Positions 39,351 through 49,174 of a stretch of 64,000 nt of DNA are shown here, piece by piece. Numbering within the stretch: position 1 is the first letter of the stretch; every line of letters starts with the position of its first letter. The DNA comes from a virus (lineage: Duplodnaviria > Caudoviricetes): positions 1 through 64,000 of the IMG/VR virus record IMGVR_UViG_3300014205_000010; one strand, written 5' to 3'. The notes under the pieces were generated by a model. It was given only the letters and a program-made list of their open reading frames with translations. It had not been told where the DNA came from and did no database searches. Made by a program: the position numbers and the translations under genes.

Positions 39351-40011
39351 CGTTGGAGGTCTTTGGCTCTTTCTCTGGGAGGGTGCCTTCTCTTCTGTGC
39401 TTTGAGAGCCTAACGAGCCTTCGCTCGAGTTTTTCACCGAGTTTTTGGTCGTAGTCGATGTCGATGATGTCCCAGCGCGGCGTGGTCTCTCCGTTCCGTC
39501 CCTCAAAGTTTTTCTCCCTGTCAATATACACAAGCCATCCCTTAGAAAGCTTGAGTAAATGCATATACATCATTATTTGATAAATATGAGACTTGTCTGG
39601 CGGTTTTTTACCAGATGCAATTAAATCAAAATCTCTTGAGCCTTTGGTCTTGACTTCAATGGCTATATCTTCACCTTCCCAAACTCCGAGTCCATCCATA
39701 TAGCCATTTGCTTCAAGATGTCTAATGTTTACCTGCATATCTTTCCAGAGTATGCCACCATGCTTCAACAGATTTGCCTGCTTGAATCTCTCTAAAATCC
39801 AAACTTCGTAAGCACTGCCCCAGCTCATATTCATCATGCCACGCATGTCTGGTGGTTCAAAATCTGCTTCAGTTGCTCTTAAATCTAGCATAGTTTTAAG
39901 CATACAATCTCCGATAAGACGCATGCCGATGCTTCTAGGAGGTCTGAATTTATTGAATGACTCAACAAACACTCTGTTGACTAAAGGAACTGCTTCATGC
40001 TTAGGCATCAT
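39175..40011 (-). CDS. Cas4-like PD-(D/E)XK exonuclease (solo, Fe-S cysteines)
   Basis: IGDC, GYMDG, IEVKT, YQIMMY, CRFCAHKESC. Confidence 0.85.
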   Translation of the reverse strand: MMPKHEAVPLVNRVFVESFNKFRPPRSIGMRLIGDCMLKTMLDLRATEADFEPPDMRGMMNMSWGSAYEVWILERFKQANLLKHGGILWKDMQVNIRHLEANGYMDGLGVWEGEDIAIEVKTKGSRDFDLIASGKKPPDKSHIYQIMMYMHLLKLSKGWLVYIDREKNFEGRNGETTPRWDIIDIDYDQKLGEKLERRLVRLSKHRREGTLPEKEPKTSNDERCRFCAHKESCWGKSGTDRKSRESPAAKRIANISRARRRAKLFTAESEGSVGETIS

Positions 40012-40091
40012 AATCCTTATCGTAATGAGTTATCAGAGTGAGGTCTGTTGTCGATAACTCACCTCACCTATATAGTATATCACATACACTT

Positions 40092-40409
40092 TTAATGTTG
40101 TATCATAAACCAGGAAATGAATGAATCGTAGTCCATAACTACATATTTCTTGCCGTTTACATCAAGAGCCATAGTAGGCCAGGTACCATTAGAGGCAGCT
40201 ATTCTATCAACTTCTTTCCAGTCAGTGTTTTTTAGTGAAAATGAATCTCTTGCTGTTGTTTTGCAAGAAACAGTAAAGTCTTTTCCGACTACATCTCCTT
40301 TGGCAAACCACTGATTACCACTGCCTGGAGTAGTATTGGCTTTAAAGTCATGAGCGACTTTTTCTTCAAACTTACTCCACTGTGGTTTCGGCATCTGGTT
40401 CAACCTCAT
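40092..40409 (-). CDS. Small PD-(D/E)XK nuclease, Hjc-like resolvase
   Basis: FEEKVA, TPGSG, KGDV, SCKTT. Confidence 0.7.
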   Translation of the reverse strand: MRLNQMPKPQWSKFEEKVAHDFKANTTPGSGNQWFAKGDVVGKDFTVSCKTTARDSFSLKNTDWKEVDRIAASNGTWPTMALDVNGKKYVVMDYDSFISWFMIQH

Positions 40410-40701
40410 ACATATAATCTGGCTTTACATAGAATTTGTTAATATCGTAGTCGGCAAGAAAAATCATAACACTACCATTGCCATGACGCCACACTGCCTT
40501 GGATCCCTGTCCAACATCCTCAATTTTAACTAGACCAGTGTTATCAATCACATCTATACCATGCTTGGTATAAAGTTTCATGATAATAAACGGACCTTCA
40601 ATTGCTCCAGTATCAGCCTTCTTGAATAAGTGCATACCCATCTTGACTTCGCCAATTTTATTTAACATTCTGTATCTACTAGCCATTGAAATTCTCCTCA
40701 A
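40372..40701 (-). CDS. Hypothetical protein
   Basis: ORF filling the gap in the operon. Confidence 0.5.
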   Translation of the reverse strand: MRRISMASRYRMLNKIGEVKMGMHLFKKADTGAIEGPFIIMKLYTKHGIDVIDNTGLVKIEDVGQGSKAVWRHGNGSVMIFLADYDINKFYVKPDYMYEVEPDAETTVE

Positions 40702-41767
40702 TTAATTTTCTTTTTTCAGTTCGATCTAAAGAACCGAACCAATCCATTATTCTGAGATTTTTCGCATACTCAGCGTACGGTCTGAGATCAATAAATTGTT
40801 TTCCTCGTCTAGGATTGGATTCTCTTTGTAGGGTTCGTCTTGCACTTGCTCCGAGCCACTCTCCCATGAAGCAGGTGACAGCCTTCCCAGCCTGTGCATA
40901 TTGATTTCCCACGTTTCCGATAAATTCGAATTCATCTCCGTAACCAAAGATTCGAGCTTCTTCACGAACAGTGAGAAATCTGTCAAAGCTTGGGTGGATA
41001 ATTGTAGGGCCGCCGGTGATTGTGGGCCCAGGAGATCTCCAACTTGCTCTCCTAGTAGGACCGAAAGGTTGACCATATAGATTATCTCTAGCTGAGGGGA
41101 GTCTTCTCCAGATTTCCGAGGCTGTAAATCCAGGTGGAATATACTTCGCGATGGAAGCGACTTGCCCTGTGAATTTAGTTTTGTCATGATTCAGAAATTC
41201 TCCTTCTGCTATAAATTGTAAATCCCAGATAGCATCTTTTATTGTTGGAACTGGCATTGGATTAAATTTTGCCAGCTTAAAGTCGTATTTACTAGCTATA
41301 TAATGAAATCTCGGTCTTATCTGTGGGCTACCATGTAATACGCTATCGGAGAACAGATAAGTATGCTGATACTCATGGAAAATACTATCCAGGTCGGCGA
41401 GTATATCTTGACCTTTATTCCATAGGCCAGGAACAGACTCCATAATAAAAATATCGGTATCCAAAGCCATGGCAATATCAGCACACTCATACATACAGTT
41501 ATTAATTGGGTCGTGTGAACCACGATTAGCACCCATAACTGAAAAGGCTGAACATGGAGGATTTGCCACGACCAGATTAATATTTTTTGGTAAATAACTA
41601 CCCCATTTATTCTTCGGATATATTATCGGAAATGAAAAATTATGCCTGGCAGTCTCAAGGCCAAGACCAAGATTTTCGTACATGGCTTTTACTTCAAAAC
41701 CAGCTCTTTGTATCCCAATTATAAACGAGCCAGCAAAAATATGGACACCTACCGCTGTTAAGCTCAT
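40679..41767 (-). CDS. DNA cytosine-5 methyltransferase homologue with atypical motifs
   Basis: NPPCSAFS (motif IV), MESV (motif VI), PQIRPR (VIII), RFLTVREEARIFG (IX), QYAQAGKAV (X); motif I reads HIFAGSF. Confidence 0.8.
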   Translation of the reverse strand: MSLTAVGVHIFAGSFIIGIQRAGFEVKAMYENLGLGLETARHNFSFPIIYPKNKWGSYLPKNINLVVANPPCSAFSVMGANRGSHDPINNCMYECADIAMALDTDIFIMESVPGLWNKGQDILADLDSIFHEYQHTYLFSDSVLHGSPQIRPRFHYIASKYDFKLAKFNPMPVPTIKDAIWDLQFIAEGEFLNHDKTKFTGQVASIAKYIPPGFTASEIWRRLPSARDNLYGQPFGPTRRASWRSPGPTITGGPTIIHPSFDRFLTVREEARIFGYGDEFEFIGNVGNQYAQAGKAVTCFMGEWLGASARRTLQRESNPRRGKQFIDLRPYAEYAKNLRIMDWFGSLDRTEKRKLIEENFNG

Positions 41768-42342
41768 TTTATCGGAATACCTTTTCTTTTGAAATAATCT
41801 CCATCTGCTAATATTATCTTAATACGATATTCTCTTCTAAAACACTCAACCTTATCTAAGCCAATATGCCGGCCCTTTACTTCAATCCAGGTGTTTTTTT
41901 CAGGTAAGAAAAAATCTGGTAGATATGTTCCAATAGAAATTTTGAATCTTTTTGGTTCATAAATCCATTTTATATTTTTAGAATCTAGCCATCTTGCAAA
42001 GCTTGATTCCCATCTACTTCTAAACCAGATATTTTTGTATTGTACTCGTCTTGTAATTCTATGATTTTCAGGTTTAAATCTTCCTTCCATCATAGCTGTA
42101 ATTACTTTGGCTGATATTTTAGCTCTAGTTTCAGAGTTTAATTTTTGACCTTTGAGCTTATTAGAAATTTTATTTTTACATTCTTGAGATCGAGGCTTTC
42201 CTTTTCTCCAGGCTGCTTGTCTTATTAATTCTTCTTTTGTTCTATTTCTAGTTGCATTAGCAATTTTATTACTATGTTCTGGATCACAAACCTTGCAATA
42301 GTTGTGAGCTTTACCGCATGATTTGATGGTCCAGTTTCTCAT
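41764..42342 (-). mobile_element. Free-standing homing endonuclease (NUMOD3 + PD-(D/E)XK)
   Basis: SQECKNKIS and SETRAKIS NUMOD3 repeats; FRSRWE, YEP, YLPDF, IEVKG. Confidence 0.75.
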
Positions 42343-43367
42343 ATAGCAGCCATTACCTGTTTTCTTATGTCAATTAAAGCTGCTCTATCTGATTTTAAGA
42401 AATCTGCAAATGCTTTGGCTCCTCTGTAATTGATACCATCATATTTATAGAATGCCCCTGACTGAGTAATAATGCCTGTAACACGCCCAGCTGCAATAAT
42501 ATCTTTGATTCTATCGATTTTGCCGTTGTAATAGAAATCAAATTCGGCTTCTTTTCCATGAGGGCCTCCGACTTTACATTTTCTTACTCTAGCCTTTACT
42601 GTATGACCAACCTGTGCTTCTTTGTTTTTTGGATTAACTGGAACAGATAGATACGATGGTATATCATTCGGTTTTATCCATTCGCCAGCCCTGAGTTCAA
42701 TCCTGAGTGAAGCGAAGAACTTAAGGCCTCTACCACCTGGTTGAAAATCTCCTGCTCTGGGCCCACCGATAGTACTTCTATTTTGATTAATTATGACGAT
42801 TGCTGTGTTGTGGTTTCTTGCATTAATTCTCTTGAATCCGAGGTTATTAACTCTAGCATCAACTGCCATGTGCGTTTGCATGTCATTATCTGTGATGGCC
42901 ATAGGAGCGAACGCGGTAAGAGAATCAAGAATGATGAGGTCAACTGGCTCAAAGTCATGATACTCCTTGCTCCTTGGATTACCTAGATTAATAGCCTTGA
43001 ATAGGATATCAAATCCTTCTTCAGATTCTGCAATTTGAGATACAACCAACCTAGATACATCTACACCTAGAGTAGTCATCCATGCTGAATCGAAAGATTT
43101 TTCTGCATCTACCCATAAGCATGTCATTTTCTTTTTCTGAGCTTCTACGATAATTTTGGCTGCGATAGCTGATTTACCAGCTGACTCATTGCCAAATATC
43201 TCGGTTGTCTTACCCATTGGGATTCCACCATTAGTTGCCCAATCTAAAAAGAGAGATCCAGTTGATATTCTATTTACCTCTTGCTTTTGCCAATCTGATC
43301 CAAGGAAAATCGAATCGGCCCCGTGTTCTTTTTGTATGATTGCTATGAGGTCGCTAATACTTGTCAT
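42339..43367 (-). CDS. recA: RecA-family recombinase
   Basis: ISTGSLFLD, GGIPMG, GNESAGKS, DAEK, LIILDS, INQNR, PGGRGLKFFASLR. Confidence 0.93.
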   Translation of the reverse strand: MTSISDLIAIIQKEHGADSIFLGSDWQKQEVNRISTGSLFLDWATNGGIPMGKTTEIFGNESAGKSAIAAKIIVEAQKKKMTCLWVDAEKSFDSAWMTTLGVDVSRLVVSQIAESEEGFDILFKAINLGNPRSKEYHDFEPVDLIILDSLTAFAPMAITDNDMQTHMAVDARVNNLGFKRINARNHNTAIVIINQNRSTIGGPRAGDFQPGGRGLKFFASLRIELRAGEWIKPNDIPSYLSVPVNPKNKEAQVGHTVKARVRKCKVGGPHGKEAEFDFYYNGKIDRIKDIIAAGRVTGIITQSGAFYKYDGINYRGAKAFADFLKSDRAALIDIRKQVMAAI

Positions 43368-43936
43368 GATTTTTTAGGCTTAGGAAGCATATCTAACGGA
43401 GTCCATTCAGCTCGAGTTTTTCCATATCTTCCAGTGTATTGAGATTCAGTAAGACCAACATTATGGAAAGTAATTTGAGCTATTCTCTCTCCGACTTCAA
43501 TTGATACGTCAAAGTCAGAATCATTAGTCATTTCCATAGTCCAGCGAGATACATAACCAACATCGCCAAGACCAGCACATTTACACACCGAGAGACAGTG
43601 TCTACCTGTCGTGGATTTAGCTTTCATCTCAGTGGTAATGATATTCATACCACCAATGAATTCCTCGGTGTGGCAGAGGATAGTCTCACGCGCTCTGACA
43701 ACGATCAACTCATCCGCCTTTATAGGCTTATCCCACATTAAATTGAAAGCATCAGAGGTGCCATAGCGAATTGTAGGCCTTCCAGCATAATATTGTTTTT
43801 GCCTAAAAAACCATTCTCCGAGTCTAACGTCGTATGAATTTGAATTTAACTGGCTATTAAAATATGGGTCAATCAGAATATTTCCTTCTTCCATTTGACC
43901 CTTGATTTCTGCATCACTTAACATTGAGTGCCTCAT
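43364..43936 (-). CDS. dcd: dCTP deaminase
   Basis: MLSDAEI, NSYDVRLG, AKSTTGR, AGLGDVGY, TMEM, ERIAQITF. Confidence 0.88.
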   Translation of the reverse strand: MRHSMLSDAEIKGQMEEGNILIDPYFNSQLNSNSYDVRLGEWFFRQKQYYAGRPTIRYGTSDAFNLMWDKPIKADELIVVRARETILCHTEEFIGGMNIITTEMKAKSTTGRHCLSVCKCAGLGDVGYVSRWTMEMTNDSDFDVSIEVGERIAQITFHNVGLTESQYTGRYGKTRAEWTPLDMLPKPKKS

Positions 43937-46556
43937 TCTTTCTGAGAATTACAAAAGCTCCTGCTTCTTCTAATGCAGCAACAGCTCTTGAATTTAATTT
44001 TCTCTTGACTACTCTTGATTCGAAATCTTCGAAAGAAATAAATGGTCTCTTAGTTATAATTTCTTCTAGACCAGCTGGTCCAACTCCTTTTACTGTTCCT
44101 AATCCGAACCTTATAGAGCCATTGTCAAGAGTATATGATTTACCGGATTTATTAATATCAACTCTTCTGATTGGAATTCCTAATCTCTTTGCTTCAGTAA
44201 CTAACTTATATTGTTTTTCTTCTTCTATTGTATGGGCAAGTGAAGCAGACATAAACTCAGCTGGATAATGAACCTTCATATACATAGTCCAGTATGATAT
44301 GAAAGCATAAGCGCATGAATGAGATCGGTTAAATCCATATCTTGCAAACGAAAGAATCTGATCCCATAAGGCAGAAGCATCTACTTGATCCATGTTATTC
44401 TGTACTGCGCCTCTAACGAATTTCTTTCTGAGAATATTTAATTCATCATCTCTGTGTAATTTAACTTGTTCTGACTTTTTAACAATATCTTTTCTGAGTT
44501 TTTCTGCATCCGCAAGAGACATATTAGCAAGTTTAGAAGCTAACTCTGTCATCTGTTCTTGATATGTAATAACCCCGTAAGTTCTTCCTAAGACCTGTTC
44601 AACAGCAGGGTGCTTGAATTCATATGTTTCTCTACCAAGTTTTCTTGAGGCGTAGACTTTGTCCATACCCACGTCTCTAGGACCTGGCCTACAGAGAGCA
44701 CCCGCTGCAATGAGGTCTTCAAACTCTGTGGGTCTGATGTCTCGCAAAGTTCTTCCAGCGGCATATGCCTCAAACTGGAAAATACCAGTGTAATTACCCC
44801 TCTGGAATTCTTTATAGACTTTACGGTCATCGATTGGATAATCATACACAGAAGTATTTGTAAGCTGTTCACATTCTCTGAGAATTGAGAGGGTGTTAAG
44901 TCCAAGAAGGTCAAACTTAATAAAACCCATTTCTGATAATTCTTTTGATTCTCCTTCCTGCCAAGCAGACAATAAATCTCCACCGTATCTGATAACGGGG
45001 AGAGTTCCATTCGCATCGACAGCAAATCCGGCGGCGTGACGGCCCATTTGCCTGATAGAGCCGTGTAGTCTATCCAGACTTTCTCTAATCTGTGGATTTC
45101 CATTAAAAATGATTTGAACTTCAGGGACATTATCTGCTATTTCCTCAATAGTCTCAGCCCAATCTGGTAAGGCTGGCAGTCTAACATCTATCTCCCAAAC
45201 TCGTATCAAATCTCTGATGAGGTTTCTATTCTGAAATGTTCCATAAGCAGGAATTTGAAATACTTTTTCTCCATACCTACTTTTTAGTCTATCCATGACT
45301 TCGACTCTTCTGTCTCTAGGAAAGTCTACATCAATATCTGGATACCCTATTCTATCTTTGGTTAGAAATCGCTCAAACATTAAATCGAATTTTATCGGAT
45401 CTATCGTAGTAATAGAGAGTAACCAAGATACGATACTGCCAGCAGCAGAACCACGACCTGGACCGACGAATATATCATTTCTCTTAGCCCAGTGAATAAG
45501 ATCTGCAACGACCAGGAAATAGTTTGCGAAACCTTTTTCATTGATTACACCTAGTTCTCTGTCCAATCTATCTTTATATACAGAAAACTCATCAGCTGGT
45601 ATAATGCCTTCGCCACTCCAAATGTTTAGCTTCTTATAGCAGAATCCCTTAAGCCATTCTTCTGGTGTTTTATCTTTTACGAATGGTGGAATAGGCAAAT
45701 TAGGTTCTTCAATTGGACTGAATTTTTCTATTCTATCAGCTATTAAATCTGTTTCTTGAATAGCCTGTAATGCTCTATCTTCAGATATTCCACCATATTT
45801 TTTGGCCCAAACAAGCATTTCTTTTTCTGTTTTAAGATATAAACCATGAGTAGATTCCCAACCATCACCTCTTTCAGAGGCAATAGTAGTTTTACGAATA
45901 ATCGCGAGAAGAGTTGTGCGATATTTTGCCCAACCTTTTCTTGGATAATGACAATCATTCGTAGCTACAAGAGGAATACCACTCTTGTCAGACAACTTTA
46001 TCAGAAACTTATTAATTGTTTGTTGCTGTTCTAATTCGTTAAATTGGATCTCGAGATAAAGTCGGTCTCCAAAGATAGTTCTGAGTCTCTTGAATCGCTG
46101 AATAGCCAACTCTCTATCGCGTTGTCGAATGAGCCCATCTCCAATTGGGCCTTGAACGCATCCAGTGAGGCATATAATACCTTCTTTGTACTGTTCAAGG
46201 ACTGACCAGTCAATTCTTGGCCTATTATAGAAACCTGTAATGTGACCTTCATTTGTCGCCTTAATTAAATTGTGATATCCTTCTCTGTTTATAGCCAACA
46301 GAGTAAGATGCATTCTTTCTTCGCCAGGAGATTTAACTAACCTATCTTCTACGAAATAAACTTCACAACCGAAAATTGGTTTAATATCTTGTTGATTACA
46401 GGCTAACCAAAATCTAGGAAATCCTCCTAGAGTTCCATGATCTGTAATAGCTAGGGCTTTTTGGCCAAATTCAGTGGCTGTCTTAGCCCATTCTTCTACC
46501 CGGCAGATAGCATCACCGATAGAATATTCTGTATGAACATGTAGGTTAGTTACCAT
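43914..46556 (-). CDS. dnaE: DNA polymerase III alpha subunit (DnaE), C-terminally short
   Basis: HVHTEYS PHP domain, GPGRGSAAGS, PDIDVD, GRHAAG, KFDLLGL, YGFNRSH, terminal HhH. Confidence 0.95.
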   Translation of the reverse strand: MVTNLHVHTEYSIGDAICRVEEWAKTATEFGQKALAITDHGTLGGFPRFWLACNQQDIKPIFGCEVYFVEDRLVKSPGEERMHLTLLAINREGYHNLIKATNEGHITGFYNRPRIDWSVLEQYKEGIICLTGCVQGPIGDGLIRQRDRELAIQRFKRLRTIFGDRLYLEIQFNELEQQQTINKFLIKLSDKSGIPLVATNDCHYPRKGWAKYRTTLLAIIRKTTIASERGDGWESTHGLYLKTEKEMLVWAKKYGGISEDRALQAIQETDLIADRIEKFSPIEEPNLPIPPFVKDKTPEEWLKGFCYKKLNIWSGEGIIPADEFSVYKDRLDRELGVINEKGFANYFLVVADLIHWAKRNDIFVGPGRGSAAGSIVSWLLSITTIDPIKFDLMFERFLTKDRIGYPDIDVDFPRDRRVEVMDRLKSRYGEKVFQIPAYGTFQNRNLIRDLIRVWEIDVRLPALPDWAETIEEIADNVPEVQIIFNGNPQIRESLDRLHGSIRQMGRHAAGFAVDANGTLPVIRYGGDLLSAWQEGESKELSEMGFIKFDLLGLNTLSILRECEQLTNTSVYDYPIDDRKVYKEFQRGNYTGIFQFEAYAAGRTLRDIRPTEFEDLIAAGALCRPGPRDVGMDKVYASRKLGRETYEFKHPAVEQVLGRTYGVITYQEQMTELASKLANMSLADAEKLRKDIVKKSEQVKLHRDDELNILRKKFVRGAVQNNMDQVDASALWDQILSFARYGFNRSHSCAYAFISYWTMYMKVHYPAEFMSASLAHTIEEEKQYKLVTEAKRLGIPIRRVDINKSGKSYTLDNGSIRFGLGTVKGVGPAGLEEIITKRPFISFEDFESRVVKRKLNSRAVAALEEAGAFVILRKNEALNVK

Positions 46557-46561
46557 ATGAT

Positions 46562-46590
46562 ATTCTACTCCATGTATAGCTGGAAGTAAA
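46562..46590 (-). promoter_or_regulatory. Promoter TTTACT-N17-TAGAAT, 5 nt before the dnaE ATG
   Basis: Exact 17-nt spacer. Confidence 0.55.
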
Positions 46591-46592
46591 TG

Positions 46593-47537
46593 TTAATACC
46601 ATTCTAGATGTTTTAACAAAATTGAGTATGACCCACAAATAGAAGTATCTATTGTAATATCAGGATTTCTTCTAATCCTGTAATATAGAAGAGTAGATAG
46701 CATGTCTTTAACAGTATCATCTTCATCTATTGATAGTATTTCCTCAAGAGTCTTGTGCAATTCTTCAGTAGTAAAATCTGTTTTTCGTATTTTATACTCA
46801 AGAGTTGATACTCTGTGTATGTTTGAAATTAGAGACGTCTTTGTGCTTTCTTGAAAACTAATGATTTTTGGTTCTTCATCTACTATCTGATTAAGAATTT
46901 TTACATTACTCTCATATGCATGAAGCGAGCCACATATATGAGTATATGTTCCTACACCAAGTGATGTTTGATTTGCTACAATTTCTAGAAGTGAAGCCCA
47001 ATGATAGAAATCATATGGAAGGCCTAGATATATATCTTGAGATCTAACGTATACTACAAGATCTAACCATTCACCTCGTGGCAAGAAATGTAACATGATA
47101 TTACATGGAAAGTCCTTCGTATTAACCGTCTGATCTCTTGGCTGATAAATTGTAGCAACTGCTTGTCTTGTACTCTTATCTAGGTTTATTTTATTGATGA
47201 TGCTCGGTATCTGTCTCATCAACCTTGGGCCATAAGCTCCATGTAGGGTTCTTCCATCATCAGAAAACTCCCACATCTTCTTGTTATAAAAGCCAATCAT
47301 GTCTGCTCTGTTATTTTGTGTAGTTATCCACAAATATTCTGCAATCATGAAGTATGGATTTATTCTTCTGACTTTATTAGTTATAATTTTACTAGTCGGA
47401 TTTTCCACAACTATAGATGTAGGCCCGATGTCTAATGTTGGAATACCTCTAGGAGAATATCTTGCTCCATGATCTAGAATATATTTTATTATTTCTGGAT
47501 ATATTGTTTCAATGTCCTCTGCATCAAATACTTCCAA
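46593..47537 (-). CDS. Thymidylate-synthase-family enzyme, predicted dCMP hydroxymethyltransferase
   Basis: AEYLW, GAYGPR, FPCN (catalytic Cys), GSLHAY; RSQDIYLGLPYD has Asp where E. coli ThyA has Asn177. Confidence 0.8.
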   Translation of the reverse strand: MEVFDAEDIETIYPEIIKYILDHGARYSPRGIPTLDIGPTSIVVENPTSKIITNKVRRINPYFMIAEYLWITTQNNRADMIGFYNKKMWEFSDDGRTLHGAYGPRLMRQIPSIINKINLDKSTRQAVATIYQPRDQTVNTKDFPCNIMLHFLPRGEWLDLVVYVRSQDIYLGLPYDFYHWASLLEIVANQTSLGVGTYTHICGSLHAYESNVKILNQIVDEEPKIISFQESTKTSLISNIHRVSTLEYKIRKTDFTTEELHKTLEEILSIDEDDTVKDMLSTLLYYRIRRNPDITIDTSICGSYSILLKHLEWY

Positions 47538-48654
47538 TGTTTACGTCCTTTATAAACTTCTCGACGATATTGTCTATAGAGAATTTATTTCGAAAAAACT
47601 TTCCTTGCTCTTCTTGAGCATATGGCCCAAAATCTAAAAGTCGTTTAATATTTGTAACTGCACCCATCGTGGTTACATATTCATTTTCTTTTGGAAAGAA
47701 CCATTCTTTAGTCATTTCAGCATAACCAGCAAACTTAGGGAATATACATCTTAGTCCAAGAGAGAGTCCTTCGCCCATGCTCATAGACCACTGGCCTGGG
47801 TAATCGAAGAGTGTTAAGTGCACCCATCCCTTGGAAATGTGTGTCAAATATTCTTCATAGCTGTTGGTAACTGAATTTATTACCTTTGGATGATTTAAGA
47901 TTGGGTGAGCTTTTCCACTCGGATTAGTAATGATTATCTTTAGACCTGGTACATGTAATCTATCTAAGATTCGTTCAAGGCTACTGATAGCATTAGCATA
48001 TTGTGGAGCTGAAGATAGTCTGTGATTGTAGATCAACGTCGGATAGTCATTCTTAATGGCTATTTTAGCGATTGATCCTATGAGTTCAGTGTTGAGCGGA
48101 GGGTTAATAATAAGAGGCTTGGCTTGAGGAGGTTTAAGTCCATTTATAAGTCGCAATCCTCCTAGATATCTTTCATATCCAGTCTGAGAATTGAATGCAA
48201 TATAATCAGCTTTCCATGCTGCTTCAATTTGTCTGAAGAAATAAGAATTTTTCAGTTCTATTACTGGATTATCTGGACTATCTATCCAGTGATTATAGGC
48301 AATAATTATTCCGTCATATACTGACCTATATTGACCAACTCTGCATGGATCATTAGTCCATAAAATATCTGGATTTTCTTTGTTTATAACTTTCTTGACA
48401 TAATTATCAACAAAGAATCTATCCTGAACTATACCATGAAAATCTACATAATACAATACAGCATTTGGCATAGATTGATAACCGTCGCCAATACGCTGTT
48501 CATCCCATGGCATCAGAATAACACATTCATGGCCTCTTTTAGAAAGGCCTTCTATCATGCTTTTCATGAAGATATAATTACTGTCTGATGTAATTAAAAG
48601 TTTTCCATCAATGTCTAAGCTGCTAATCTGCAGATCGAACAGAATTTTTACCAT
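47524..48654 (-). CDS. GT-B glycosyltransferase, probable DNA-base glycosyltransferase
   Basis: LSKRGHECVIL, PDILWTNDP, YNHW, AFNS, IYNHR, WSMSMGEG; adjacent to the TS homologue. Confidence 0.7.
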   Translation of the reverse strand: MVKILFDLQISSLDIDGKLLITSDSNYIFMKSMIEGLSKRGHECVILMPWDEQRIGDGYQSMPNAVLYYVDFHGIVQDRFFVDNYVKKVINKENPDILWTNDPCRVGQYRSVYDGIIIAYNHWIDSPDNPVIELKNSYFFRQIEAAWKADYIAFNSQTGYERYLGGLRLINGLKPPQAKPLIINPPLNTELIGSIAKIAIKNDYPTLIYNHRLSSAPQYANAISSLERILDRLHVPGLKIIITNPSGKAHPILNHPKVINSVTNSYEEYLTHISKGWVHLTLFDYPGQWSMSMGEGLSLGLRCIFPKFAGYAEMTKEWFFPKENEYVTTMGAVTNIKRLLDFGPYAQEEQGKFFRNKFSIDNIVEKFIKDVNIGSI

Positions 48655-49174
48655 TAGAATTTATCCAGCCTATAATTCTATCAATTTTATCTGTAGTTGG
48701 TTTAAAAGTCATATAATCTAGGCCTTCTTCAAAACCAAGTTTTTTCAACATTGTATTATACTCTGTTATGATAGGTATAATATATTCTGTTGGTTTATCC
48801 TCTGCTCTCCATCTTTCAACTATAGTTTCTATTTCTTCTATAACCAGAATGAGCTTAATAACATCCTTGTTCTGTCTCATTTGTTTTTCATACCAAGGAA
48901 AATCACAAGCTCGGCCAAATACCTTGGCATAAACTAATTCACTGAATGAAAACCTATCTAGAATAAAATCTTTATATGCATTTACTTCTCTGGCAAGTTT
49001 AATTATTTTTTCACAGTCTTCTTTGCCTCTTCGAAATTCTCTTATAGTTTCCCATCCATTTTCTGAAGGCCTTGGGACTGTTAATACTTTAAAATTATAT
49101 GGATCACCAGAAAGTGTTGTCAGAAGTGTAGTTTTGCCTACGCGATCTATTCCTTCAAGTACAAATGCGGTCAT
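48623..49174 (-). CDS. dNMP (thymidylate-like) kinase
   Basis: VLEGIDRVGKTT P-loop; ILDRFSFSELVY. Confidence 0.85.
   Translation of the reverse strand: MTAFVLEGIDRVGKTTLLTTLSGDPYNFKVLTVPRPSENGWETIREFRRGKEDCEKIIKLAREVNAYKDFILDRFSFSELVYAKVFGRACDFPWYEKQMRQNKDVIKLILVIEEIETIVERWRAEDKPTEYIIPIITEYNTMLKKLGFEEGLDYMTFKPTTDKIDRIIGWINSNGKNSVRSAD

Noticed and set aside
39175-40011. CRISPR-Cas system
   Set aside because: Solo Cas4-like nuclease only; no repeat-spacer array or other cas genes.
46593-47537. Ordinary thymidylate synthase (thyA)
   Set aside because: Asp replaces the dUMP-selecting Asn, and the gene is flanked by GT and kinase genes.
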